Of a stretch of 40,919 nt of DNA, positions 9,756-19,546 are shown one piece after another. Source of the DNA: Candidatus Aenigmatarchaeota archaeon (lineage in GTDB: Archaea > Aenigmatarchaeota > Aenigmatarchaeia > CG10238-14 > SpSt-28); NCBI GenBank assembly GCA_039000985.1, contig JAWBMD010000008.1, positions 1-40,919 on the forward strand. The letters are read 5' to 3'. The notes under the pieces are model-generated. The model was given only the letters and a program-made list of their open reading frames with translations, ran no database searches and was not told the origin of the DNA. Positions within the stretch are counted from its first letter, which is position 1. Each line of letters starts with the position of its first letter. The translations under genes were made by a program, and so were the position numbers.

Positions 9756-11042
9756 GTGAGAATAGCAATAATAGGAGCTGCTGGAAGAGATTTTCATGAC
9801 TATTTAACATACTTTAGGAAAAATAAAAATTACAAAGTAGTATGTTTTCTCGCCACACAAATACCAAATATAGAAAAAAGGATTTTTCCAATAGGAAATA
9901 TAAAAATATTTAGCCTTGAGGAAATAGAAAAATTTAAAAATAAAATAGAGTATGCATTTTTATCTTTGAGTGATATATCCAACAAAGAAGCCATGGAAAT
10001 AGCAACTAAATTACTTTCTCTTAACATAAACTTTTCAATATTATCTCCATTTAAAACTATGTTGAAAGCTAAAAAGCCAGTTATTTCTGTTTGTGCAACA
10101 AGAACTGGTTCTGGTAAATCTACTATAGTAAGAAAAATTTCTTTACTTTTAAAAGAAAAAGGATTAAATGTTGCAATAGTAAGACACCCTATGCCTTACG
10201 GAGACCTTAAAAAGCAAATATTTCAGGAATTCAAAAGCTTGGAAGATTTGGATAAATATAATTGTAGTATAGAGGAGAGAGAAGAATATGAACCGCATTT
10301 AAAAAATGGTTTTACTGTTTATGCTGGTATAGATTATAAAAAAGTTTTAAAATATGTAGAAAAAAAATATGATGTAATTATTTGGGATGGGGGAAATAAT
10401 GATTTGCCATTTTTTAAACCAGATTTACATATAGTTGTAGCAGATCCGTTTAGAGTTGGGGATGAGCTAAATTATTATCATGCTTTTCTAAATTGCAAAA
10501 TTGCCAATATTTTTGTAATAAATAAGATTAATACAGCCCCAAAAGAAAATGTTGAAAAGCTAATAGAAAATCTTTCAAAAATAAATAACAAAGCAAAAAT
10601 AATTTTAGCAAGCTCAGAAATTACTGTAGAAAATGAAAACTTAATAAAAAATAAAAAAGTTTTGGTTATTGAGGATGCTCCTACTGTAACTCATGGTAAT
10701 TTATCTTTTTCAGCTGGCTATATAGCTGCTCAAAAATATAATGCATTAGAAATTGTAGATGGAAAAAAATTTGCTACTGGATCGATAAAAAAGTTTTATG
10801 AAAAATATCCGCATATAAAAAAAATTTTACCATCATTAGGCTATGGAAAAAAACAAATGAAAGAATTAGAAGCAAGCATAAATAATGCAGAATGTGATTC
10901 TGTTATATTTGGAAATATGATAGATTTAAGTAGATTCTTAAAAATAAACAAACCATTTACAAAAATTAGCTATGAATTAAAAGATTTGAATAATGATTTA
11001 AATAAAGAAATCAAAAGCTTTTTGAAAATAATCAGTAAGTAA
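9756..11042 (+). CDS. COG2403-type P-loop enzyme (cyclic 2,3-diphosphoglycerate synthase-like family), probably arginine synthetase ArcE-like
   Basis: GAAGRDFH, ATQIP, ATRTGSGKS (P-loop), VRHPMPYGDL, IEEREEYEPH, WDGGNND, EDAPTVTHG; GTG start 6 nt after the upstream stop. Confidence 0.75.
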   Translation: MRIAIIGAAGRDFHDYLTYFRKNKNYKVVCFLATQIPNIEKRIFPIGNIKIFSLEEIEKFKNKIEYAFLSLSDISNKEAMEIATKLLSLNINFSILSPFKTMLKAKKPVISVCATRTGSGKSTIVRKISLLLKEKGLNVAIVRHPMPYGDLKKQIFQEFKSLEDLDKYNCSIEEREEYEPHLKNGFTVYAGIDYKKVLKYVEKKYDVIIWDGGNNDLPFFKPDLHIVVADPFRVGDELNYYHAFLNCKIANIFVINKINTAPKENVEKLIENLSKINNKAKIILASSEITVENENLIKNKKVLVIEDAPTVTHGNLSFSAGYIAAQKYNALEIVDGKKFATGSIKKFYEKYPHIKKILPSLGYGKKQMKELEASINNAECDSVIFGNMIDLSRFLKINKPFTKISYELKDLNNDLNKEIKSFLKIISK

Positions 11043-11077
11043 TAAATTATTTATTCTTTTAACTTAAACAGTTAAAT

Positions 11078-12343
11078 ATGAAAAGAGATGAAGTAGAACT
11101 TATAGCAGATTTATTTGGATTATGGAACGTTACTAAAATTTATAGTGTTGATGATGCATTAAAAATAGTATCTAACCTCAATATTGATACAAAAGAAAAA
11201 ATGAAAAGAATTGCACTTCTCTCACACTTGCTAAAAAACGAAAAAGAAAATATAGATGAAATCTTTTTTAGAGAACAATTATACTTAAAAAGGATTGAGA
11301 CGGATCAGAAGCTATTTAAAAAATTTTCTAGAATTGAAAGAATGAATAGCTATAAAACATTTTTGTCTGGAATTTATTTATTCAATCTTCTCATAGATTA
11401 TTCGCATTTCATAGCTTCATCTATTTCCTCGACAGTCCTCTTATTATCTAGAGAGTTTTTTCTTAATTATCCAATTGAATACCTAGAAAATAAAGGAGGA
11501 ATTGGAAAATATTTGGTAAAATTGGAAAAAACATTATATAAAATACATCTTTCACTTTCCTATTTCATTTTTTTACTTATAGAAGCTTTTATTGGTCGTG
11601 GTATTAACTTTTATCCAACATCTTCCCTTTCATTTGACTTTGGACTAGGATTGCTTCCAGTTTCAGTTAGCATACCAATAGTTTTATATTGGATATATTT
11701 CATTCCAACAGCAAAAAGTATTGTAAATAAATTTACTAAGGAGGGGGAGAAAGGTTTAAAGATTGGAAATAGATATCTAAACAAAATAAAAAGATTTTTA
11801 TATACTTGGAGACTGCCGATATTCAGAAACAACTATGTTGATTTTTATAATTTGAAAATTAATAAAGTTGTTGACGAAAATTATGTAAAGAGATTTTATG
11901 AAAACTATCCAAATCTTCGAGTAATGATAGATAATTATATTATTTCACCAACAGCAAATGGATGGTTCATACCAATACAAGTTTTTGTAGATAAGGATAG
12001 AAACTTAATATTCACATGTCAAAAAGATTTGAGTGATATGTATTTAATAGCGCTAAACGAGTATAAAGATTTAAAAATAGTAAGAAAAGGGAACAAATTA
12101 GATGGATACTTGAATAATGAAAGATCTTTAAAACTTTTAGAAAATAAAGGAAATTATGTAGAAGGAGAATTAGTAGATAGGCTTTATGATTTATTAAAAA
12201 AAGATAAACTTGATGGAAAATTTGTTAATAATGAATTTAAATATTATTATCCAATTGTGGTAATTTCTAAATATTTGAATGAAAGGGAACTTGAATTTAT
12301 ACTCAATCACGAACTAATGCACTACAAAATATGGAACCAATAA
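11078..12343 (+). CDS. Polytopic membrane protein ending in a HEXXH motif
   Basis: About 3 hydrophobic segments (aa ~95-210); C-terminus YPIVVISKYLNERELEFILNHELMHYKIWNQ*. Confidence 0.75.
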   Translation: MKRDEVELIADLFGLWNVTKIYSVDDALKIVSNLNIDTKEKMKRIALLSHLLKNEKENIDEIFFREQLYLKRIETDQKLFKKFSRIERMNSYKTFLSGIYLFNLLIDYSHFIASSISSTVLLLSREFFLNYPIEYLENKGGIGKYLVKLEKTLYKIHLSLSYFIFLLIEAFIGRGINFYPTSSLSFDFGLGLLPVSVSIPIVLYWIYFIPTAKSIVNKFTKEGEKGLKIGNRYLNKIKRFLYTWRLPIFRNNYVDFYNLKINKVVDENYVKRFYENYPNLRVMIDNYIISPTANGWFIPIQVFVDKDRNLIFTCQKDLSDMYLIALNEYKDLKIVRKGNKLDGYLNNERSLKLLENKGNYVEGELVDRLYDLLKKDKLDGKFVNNEFKYYYPIVVISKYLNERELEFILNHELMHYKIWNQ

Positions 12344-12364
12344 AAAAATAAAAAAAGTTAGTTT

Positions 12365-14014
12365 TTATTCAGATTCTTCTGGAGCTTCTGGAGACGGAGT
12401 TTTTGTACTACCTCTTTCTACTTTACTTGCTGTTATAACATCATCTATTCTTAAAATCATTTCTGCAGCCTCTGTAGCACTTTTTATTGCAAATGTTTTT
12501 ACTTTTAATGGCTCTACTACTCCTGCTTTTTCTGCATCCATAATTTTACCCTTTTCTAAATCAATTCCCGCATTAACTTCTTTCTTTTCATGGGCAGATC
12601 TTAAAGCTGCTAATATATCTATTGAATCTAAACCAGCATTTTCTGCTAAACTTTTTGGTATTATCTCTAATGCATCTGCAAATGCTAATATTGCCATTTG
12701 TTCCCTACCACTAAATTTCTGAGCAAATTTTCTAACAGCTAATGCTGCCTCAACTTCTGCTGCTCCAGCACCTGGTACAATTTTACCTACCTCTAAAGCT
12801 GAGATAACAGCCCCTATTGCATCTTCAATACTTCTATCTACTTCATCAACAACATGCTCTGTAGAACCTCTTACTAAAATACTTACTGCTTTTGGATCTT
12901 TACAATCTTTAACAAATACCATTGCCTCTCCTCCAATCTTTTTCTCCTCAACTAACTTTGCATAACCTAAATCATTCTCACTTAAATCATCTAAATTTGT
13001 TACTATTCTTCCACCAGTAGCTTTTGCCAAAGCCTCCATATCACTTTTTTTAACTCTTCTAACTGCTAAAATTCCTTTCTTTGCTAAAAAGTGTTGAGCT
13101 GTATCATCTATACCTTTTTGACAAATAACTACATTTGCTTTTACCGAAGCTATTTTTTCAACCATATCTTTAAGCATTCTCTGCTCTTGTTCTAAAAATG
13201 ATTGTAATTGTTCTGGTGAAGTTATTCTTATCTCTGCATCAGTTTCTGTTTCTTTTATTTCTAAAGCAACATCTAATAAAGCTATTCTTGCATCTTTTAT
13301 TACCTTTGGCATTTGTGGATGAACTACTTCTTTATCTATTATAATCCCTCTTATTAACTCGCTTTCTTCAGCACCTGCTCCATGTTTTTTAACTCTTTTT
13401 ATATTATCTTTATCTATAACAATTTTTCCATTAACAGTTTGTGCAACTGATTTTACTGCCTCTACAGATAATTTTGCTAAAGAATCAATGGCTCTTTCAA
13501 CACTTTTACCACTCATTGCTGTAAGAGCTATTTTTAGCAATGTTTTTTCATCATCTAAATTAATTGGTTTAGCTATTTCTTCTAAACGCTTTATAGCTTC
13601 TTCTTTTGCTAATTTATATCCTCTTACTATTACAGTTGGATGTATATCTTGGTCTAAAAGTTCTTCAGCCTTTTTTAATAACTCGCCAGCTATAACGACA
13701 CTAGTTGTTGTACCATCACCAACTTCTTGATTTTGACTTTTTGCTATTTCTACCATCATTTTTGCTGCAGGATGCTCTACTTCCATTTCTTCTAATATTG
13801 TTACTCCATCATTTGTTATTACTATATCTCCTATTGAATCTACCAGCATTTTATCCATACCTTTTGGTCCTAGTGTTGTTCTAACTGCATCTGCTATTGC
13901 TTTTGCTGCTGCTATATTATTTCTTTGAGCATCCCTACCTAACTGTCTTAATGTACCTTCTGGCAATATCAAAACGGGTTGCCCCCCAAGTTGACCAACA
14001 AGTGCCTGTGCCAT
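12365..14014 (-). CDS. ths: Thermosome (group II chaperonin) subunit
   Basis: [36 protein letters not shown]. Confidence 0.98.
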   Translation of the reverse strand: MAQALVGQLGGQPVLILPEGTLRQLGRDAQRNNIAAAKAIADAVRTTLGPKGMDKMLVDSIGDIVITNDGVTILEEMEVEHPAAKMMVEIAKSQNQEVGDGTTTSVVIAGELLKKAEELLDQDIHPTVIVRGYKLAKEEAIKRLEEIAKPINLDDEKTLLKIALTAMSGKSVERAIDSLAKLSVEAVKSVAQTVNGKIVIDKDNIKRVKKHGAGAEESELIRGIIIDKEVVHPQMPKVIKDARIALLDVALEIKETETDAEIRITSPEQLQSFLEQEQRMLKDMVEKIASVKANVVICQKGIDDTAQHFLAKKGILAVRRVKKSDMEALAKATGGRIVTNLDDLSENDLGYAKLVEEKKIGGEAMVFVKDCKDPKAVSILVRGSTEHVVDEVDRSIEDAIGAVISALEVGKIVPGAGAAEVEAALAVRKFAQKFSGREQMAILAFADALEIIPKSLAENAGLDSIDILAALRSAHEKKEVNAGIDLEKGKIMDAEKAGVVEPLKVKTFAIKSATEAAEMILRIDDVITASKVERGSTKTPSPEAPEESE

Positions 14015-14100
14015 ACCTATTATATTATTTATAATATGTGATTTATAAATGTTTTAAAGAATTTTAGCATTTATGTAGAAAAACCAATAAATAGTATATA

Positions 14101-16128
14101 ATGAAAAATACATTTACATTTTGTATAGGTGGTGCGCAGGGAAGTGGTATTGATACTTCTATGAGAATTTTTAGCCAAATATCGGCTTCTCTTGGTTATG
14201 AAATATTTAGTTTTAGAGAATATCAGTCAAACATTAAAGGTAAGCATAGTTATTTAATAGCTGTTTTAGATGAGAACAAAATTAGTCATTTGAATTTTAA
14301 AATAGACATTTTGCTTTGCTTAGATGGGGAAGCTCTTGCAACTCATTTGTTTTATGAAGATATAAACGATAATGGAGTTATAGTATATAACAAAGAATCA
14401 AAAAACCTTTTCATAAAAGACATAAAAACAATGGAAAGCTCTCTAAAGGAAAAAATATTGAAAAGATATGAAAAGGTCGAAGATCTTTTTGTAATAGCGA
14501 GAAATAAAAATGTTCAACTAATAGAAATAGATTTTCAACAAATAGCAAATGAAGTAGCAAAAGAATTCGGAATAAGCTTAAAGGAAGCATTGATATTATT
14601 TAACACAATTGCTTTATCTGCAGCATTAAAGTATTTAAATGTCGATATAGATATTTTATCAAATACAATAAAACGATTTTTCAAAAGTGAAAAAGCAATC
14701 AAAGTGAATTTGGCTGTTATAGAAAAAACTTATAGATACTTTGAATCAAATTATTCAAACATAGAAAAAAGATTTACTTTAAAAAGATTTTACAAGAAAG
14801 ATAAAAGAATTTTAATAGATGGAAATATAGCTGTTGCATTGGGTAAAATGATTGCTGGAGTATCATTTCAATCATATTATCCTATAACACCAGCAAGTGA
14901 TGAAAGTGTATTTTTAGAAGCTTATCGAAATGTAGATTGTTTAATAAAAGAAGATGATCTGAATGAAAAAATCGAAAATGGGGAAATACCAAAAGAAATT
15001 TTGAATTTTGCTGAAAGGGAAGGTAATTTTTATAAGCTTAAAAGGGGTATTGTTGTTCATCAAAGTGAAGATGAAATCTCAGTAATAGGCTCTGCTATAG
15101 GAGCTACTTTAGCTGGAGCAAGAGCTTCCACATCCACTTCCAGTCCAGGATTTTCCTTAATGGTCGAATTTCTTGGTTGGGCTGGAAGAAACGAAGTACC
15201 TGTAGTTATAACTCATTATCAAAGAGCATCTCCAGCTACTGGAATGCCCACTAAAACAGAACAAGGAGATTTACTCTTCTCTTCCTTTGCTTCCCATGGA
15301 ACATTTCCAAGAATAGTTTTTTCATCTGGCGATGTAGAGGAAGCTTTTTATGACGTTCCTATTGTTTTCAATCTTGCCGAAAAATATCAAATGCCAGCCA
15401 TTCATTTATTGGATAAAGTAATAGCTAACTCACTAACAACTATTCCTTATCCAGATTTGTCTAAAATTAAAATAGATAGAGGAAAAGTTCTAACAGAAAA
15501 CGATTTGAAAAAAATAAAGGAATTTAAAAGATTTTTAGATACGAAAGATGGTATTTCTCCAAGAGTATTCCTTGGTACAAATGGTGGTATTCATTGGTTA
15601 AGTGGCGATGAAAGTGATGAAAAAGGTCATTTAACGGAAGATCCTGAAGTGAGATCTAAAATGATGAGTAAAAGAATGAGAAAAATTCAAACTTTGCTTG
15701 AAGAAGTTGATGAGGAAAATAAATTGAGAATTCATTTTAACAAAAATGCAAAGGTGGCTATTATTAGTTTCGGGTCAACGAAAGGAGTAATAATAGATTG
15801 TATAAAAAGTTTAAAAATGGAAAATAAAGTAAAATTCATTCAATTGAAGTTATTACAACCATATCCATCAGAGGAGGTAAAAAAATATTTGAAAGACGTT
15901 AATCTTTTAATAGATGTAGAAATGAATTTTAATGGTCAACTAAACTTACTAAACAGGATGTATTGTTTAAAAAGTGCTGATGTTTTGATTTACAAAATAA
16001 ATGGTAGACCGATATTTTTCGAGGAACTGAGATATTACTTAAAAAAAGCAATAGAAAAGGATTTTTCTGTTTTTGAAAAAGATGAAATTTTTGGATATTA
16101 TAAAATCGAATTGAAAGATGGTATTTAA
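14101..16128 (+). CDS. korA: 2-oxoacid:ferredoxin oxidoreductase alpha subunit (gamma-alpha fusion)
   Basis: GGAQGSGID, YPITPAS, QSEDEI, TSTSSPGFSLMVE, VEMNFNGQL. Substrate specificity cannot be determined. Confidence 0.92.
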   Translation: MKNTFTFCIGGAQGSGIDTSMRIFSQISASLGYEIFSFREYQSNIKGKHSYLIAVLDENKISHLNFKIDILLCLDGEALATHLFYEDINDNGVIVYNKESKNLFIKDIKTMESSLKEKILKRYEKVEDLFVIARNKNVQLIEIDFQQIANEVAKEFGISLKEALILFNTIALSAALKYLNVDIDILSNTIKRFFKSEKAIKVNLAVIEKTYRYFESNYSNIEKRFTLKRFYKKDKRILIDGNIAVALGKMIAGVSFQSYYPITPASDESVFLEAYRNVDCLIKEDDLNEKIENGEIPKEILNFAEREGNFYKLKRGIVVHQSEDEISVIGSAIGATLAGARASTSTSSPGFSLMVEFLGWAGRNEVPVVITHYQRASPATGMPTKTEQGDLLFSSFASHGTFPRIVFSSGDVEEAFYDVPIVFNLAEKYQMPAIHLLDKVIANSLTTIPYPDLSKIKIDRGKVLTENDLKKIKEFKRFLDTKDGISPRVFLGTNGGIHWLSGDESDEKGHLTEDPEVRSKMMSKRMRKIQTLLEEVDEENKLRIHFNKNAKVAIISFGSTKGVIIDCIKSLKMENKVKFIQLKLLQPYPSEEVKKYLKDVNLLIDVEMNFNGQLNLLNRMYCLKSADVLIYKINGRPIFFEELRYYLKKAIEKDFSVFEKDEIFGYYKIELKDGI

Positions 16129-17227
16129 AAGAGAAGATTATATAGAGGATTTTGATGAAGCATGGTGTCCTGGATGTGGAGATTTTGGTATAAGAGAATC
16201 TTTCTATAAAACCTTAGTAGATTTACAGCTAGATCCGAATAAAACAATAGTAGTTTCTGGAATAGGATGCTCTAGTAAGAGTGTACATGATTTTAAATGC
16301 TATGGAGTGCATACCTTACACGGTAGACCACTACCAGTTGCGCTTGGTATAAAAATAGCTAATCCAGAATTAAAAGTAATAGTTCATACAGGAGATGGAG
16401 ATTGCTATGGAATAGGGGCTTGTCATTTCGTCAATACAGGAAGATATAATCCAGATATTAAATTAATAGTTTATGATAACACTGTTTATGCACTAACTAA
16501 AGGACAAGCTTCTCCAACACTAAAAAAAGGTGAAAAACCAAAAGCTTTACCAATTCCAAATATAAAAGATGCTATTAATCCAATTGGTATAGCTATTTTT
16601 TCTGGTTATAGGTTTGTTGCACAAGGATATGCTTTTGATATTAATAAACTGTCCAGCTTAATAACACAATCAATAAAGCATAAAGGATTAGCACTTATAA
16701 ATGTTAAGCAACCTTGTATAACTTACGATGATATACATACAAGAGAATTTTATCAAAATGCAATTGTTAATATTGAGAATATTATAATTTTAACAAAAGA
16801 TTTGGAAAAATCTATAAAAGTTGGATTAGTAAAAACACCATTTTCAAATTACAAAGTTGGTGAGTTAATAATAATAGAAAAGGATGAAGATGAAAAAAAT
16901 TGTTATGTTTTTGAATATAAAAAAGCCAATGAGTTTGCAATATTGCCAAAAAATAAAGCCGAAGAATTAATAAAAAATGGTTATGCGAGAAAGATTACAA
17001 AAGAAGATTGGAACGATGCATTAATAGCTTTTTTATCTAAAATTAGTCCTTTTATACCATTAATTGGTATAATATATAAAAATGAAAAAAACTCAACATA
17101 TGAAGAAAGAATAGCTGAAAATATAAAAAATTATTTTGTATATCCACCGGCTAAACAAATAATTTGTGATAAAGAAGGGAGTCCAACAACAAGAATAGAA
17201 AGTTTGTTAGATTTATTTTTAGTTTAA
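16118..17227 (+). CDS. korB: 2-oxoacid:ferredoxin oxidoreductase beta subunit (TPP-binding) with an internal insertion
   Basis: WCPGCGDFGI, SGIGCS, HTLHGR, GDGD, YALTKGQASPT, QPCITY. Confidence 0.92.
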   Translation: MVFKREDYIEDFDEAWCPGCGDFGIRESFYKTLVDLQLDPNKTIVVSGIGCSSKSVHDFKCYGVHTLHGRPLPVALGIKIANPELKVIVHTGDGDCYGIGACHFVNTGRYNPDIKLIVYDNTVYALTKGQASPTLKKGEKPKALPIPNIKDAINPIGIAIFSGYRFVAQGYAFDINKLSSLITQSIKHKGLALINVKQPCITYDDIHTREFYQNAIVNIENIIILTKDLEKSIKVGLVKTPFSNYKVGELIIIEKDEDEKNCYVFEYKKANEFAILPKNKAEELIKNGYARKITKEDWNDALIAFLSKISPFIPLIGIIYKNEKNSTYEERIAENIKNYFVYPPAKQIICDKEGSPTTRIESLLDLFLV

Positions 17228-17239
17228 AATTCAATAATT

Positions 17240-18334
17240 GTGGGGGTAAAGCAATATATAAAATTGAAGGAAGTGAAAACAAGCAAAATTGATGAAGAAT
17301 TGAAAAAAATTGTAGAGGAAGGTAAAGCTAAAATTAAAGTAGTTGGAGCTGGAGGAGCTGGTTGTAATACAATAACTAGATTAATGAGCTATGAAAATTA
17401 TGGAATAAAAACAATAGCAATTAATACAGATGCTTTAGATTTGCTAAACACTATTGCACATCAAAAAATACTAATTGGAAAAAACATAACTAAAGGGGCG
17501 GGTGCTGGAGCAAATCCTAAGATTGGGGAGGATGCTGCAATTGAAAGCAAAGAAGAAATTAAAAAAGCTTTGGAAAATACAGATATTGTTTTTTTAACTT
17601 GTGGACTTGGAGGAGGTACTGGAAGTGGTTCTTTACCAGTAATAGCTGAAATAGCTAAAAGGCTTGGTTGTTTAACAATAGCAATAGTTACTTTACCATT
17701 TAGTATGGAAGGAAAACAAAGACAAAAAAATGCAATAGAAGCTTTAACAAAGCTAGAAAAAAATGTTGATACATTAATAGTTATTCCAAATGATAAACTA
17801 AAAGAAATAGTCCCTCACTTACCTTTATTAGAAGCTTTTGAATTCTGTGATGAAATTTTAATAAGAGCATTGAAAGGAATTTCTGATTTAATAAATAAAC
17901 CTGGATTAATAAATAGAGATTTTGCTGATGTTAAAACAATAATGAGCAATAGTGGTTTAGCAATGATAGGAATCGGAGAAAGCCAAAGTGAAAATAGAGC
18001 AAAAGAATCAATTGAAAAAGCTTTAAAACATCCCTTAATTACTGTTGATATAACAAATGCAACGGGAGCTCTTGTTTATATAACAGCTGGACCGGATTTG
18101 ACTTTAAAGGAAGCTGAAGAAATAATAAGCTATTTAAATTCTAAAATGAGTGATGATGCAAAAATAATTTGGGGTGCTTCAATAGATAGAACTATTAGTA
18201 AAATTGTTAGAACAACTGTTATAGTTACTGGAGTTTCTTCTCCGAATATTTTTAGTGTAGAAAAACCATTTAGTAAAGTTGTTAAAGATGTTGAAAAAAC
18301 TTTTAAAATAGATTATGCTAAAAAGATTAGCTGA
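17240..18334 (+). CDS. ftsZ: Cell division protein FtsZ
   Basis: VGAGGAGCN, AINTD, GLGGGTGSG tubulin signature, PGLINRDFADV. Confidence 0.97.
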   Translation: MGVKQYIKLKEVKTSKIDEELKKIVEEGKAKIKVVGAGGAGCNTITRLMSYENYGIKTIAINTDALDLLNTIAHQKILIGKNITKGAGAGANPKIGEDAAIESKEEIKKALENTDIVFLTCGLGGGTGSGSLPVIAEIAKRLGCLTIAIVTLPFSMEGKQRQKNAIEALTKLEKNVDTLIVIPNDKLKEIVPHLPLLEAFEFCDEILIRALKGISDLINKPGLINRDFADVKTIMSNSGLAMIGIGESQSENRAKESIEKALKHPLITVDITNATGALVYITAGPDLTLKEAEEIISYLNSKMSDDAKIIWGASIDRTISKIVRTTVIVTGVSSPNIFSVEKPFSKVVKDVEKTFKIDYAKKIS

Positions 18335-18488
18335 AAAAATTATGGAGTATTATAGAATAATTAAATTAGCACAAAAACCAGATAGAGAAGAAATCATGGA
18401 AATGGTTAAAATAAGTTTAATTGGAATTGGAATTTTAGGTTTCATAGGAGTTTTATTTCTAATAATTTTTTCACTAATATTACCATAA
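18315..18488 (+). CDS. secE: Protein translocase SecE/Sec61-gamma (57 aa, missing from the ORF track)
   Basis: Hand translation MLKRLAEKIMEYYRIIKLAQKPDREEIMEMVKISLIGIGILGFIGVLFLIIFSLILP; EY.R..KL..KP..EE motif plus TM; canonical position after ftsZ. Confidence 0.92.
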   Translation: MLKRLAEKIMEYYRIIKLAQKPDREEIMEMVKISLIGIGILGFIGVLFLIIFSLILP

Positions 18489-18680
18489 AACAATTTATCT
18501 TTTATTACGCCATAGAATAGACTTTCGCCAATAAATGTTTTTGCAAACCTGCATAAAAACTTTAAACAGCTATTAAAAATTGTAAAACAAAAAATACTTG
18601 TTTACTAAATTTGATAAAAAATTAATAAAAATATAAAAAATTTTGAAAGTCTTAAAATAAATTTTTATACAAATTAAATT

Positions 18681-19451
18681 ATGGAAGATAAAGACCCTAT
18701 TGAAATAAGTAAAAATATTGATGAATTGTGGAAAATAACAGAACCTATATATAAAGAAATGCCACACGAATACAAAGAAGGATTTAATGAATTTTTATCT
18801 TCCTTGTATTCAGATGTTGCTAATTTCTACCAAACTACAATAACCTTGGAACATGAAGAAAATCTGGACGATATTATAAAGACGCATTTCCATACATACC
18901 TAAATGAATTGGACCTAGTTGGAAGAATAAAAAAAAGGAAAGAAATGAGAAAAGTAATACTGCTAACATATAATTTAATGGATGAATTAAAAGAAGTAAT
19001 AAAATCAAAAATTTTGGATATTTATGAAGAAATGATGGGAATAAAAGTAAGAAAAAGCTTAGATGAAATAATAGATAATTCTAAGATTAAAAATATTTTG
19101 GAAAAATATGGAATTGAAAGAAATGATGCTTTTTATACAATGCTTTATTCTACGTTCATTGGATTATTTAATACTTTATTGTACTCAATTGAAACGGAGA
19201 GTGGCCCCGAAGAAAATATAATACAATTAGCCCTAGAATCAACAAAAACACTTTATCATTTAAAAAAAGAGGAAGAAGAGAAACTTAAAAAATTATATAA
19301 CAACAAAGAATTTTTATCTCAAGTGAAAAAAGAACTAAAAAACGTAACAGAAAAACTTCTCTCCAAATTTTATACTTTAGATGAAAATTCGAAGGAAATC
19401 ATTTCTAAAATATTGGAAGTCGATGAACAAAAACCAATATATATTACTTAG
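18681..19451 (+). CDS. Hypothetical helical protein, paralogue 1
   Basis: 256-aa ORF; similar to the next gene (ISKNIDELWKITEPIYK vs ISRKIPELWKIIEPSYK; C-termini EVDEQKPIYIT vs EVKKQKPSYIL). Confidence 0.85.
   Translation: MEDKDPIEISKNIDELWKITEPIYKEMPHEYKEGFNEFLSSLYSDVANFYQTTITLEHEENLDDIIKTHFHTYLNELDLVGRIKKRKEMRKVILLTYNLMDELKEVIKSKILDIYEEMMGIKVRKSLDEIIDNSKIKNILEKYGIERNDAFYTMLYSTFIGLFNTLLYSIETESGPEENIIQLALESTKTLYHLKKEEEEKLKKLYNNKEFLSQVKKELKNVTEKLLSKFYTLDENSKEIISKILEVDEQKPIYIT
18996..19150 (+). repeat. 155-bp exact direct repeat, copy 1
   Basis: gtaataaaatcaaaa...tgctttattc is identical base for base to 19883..20037. Confidence 0.95.
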
Positions 19452-19546
19452 ATGTATATAAACGTTTACCGATAACTAAAAATAAGTAATCATTAGTTTA
19501 CTAGATTGCCTTTATATTTAAATGTATTTTAACATTAAATTAAATT

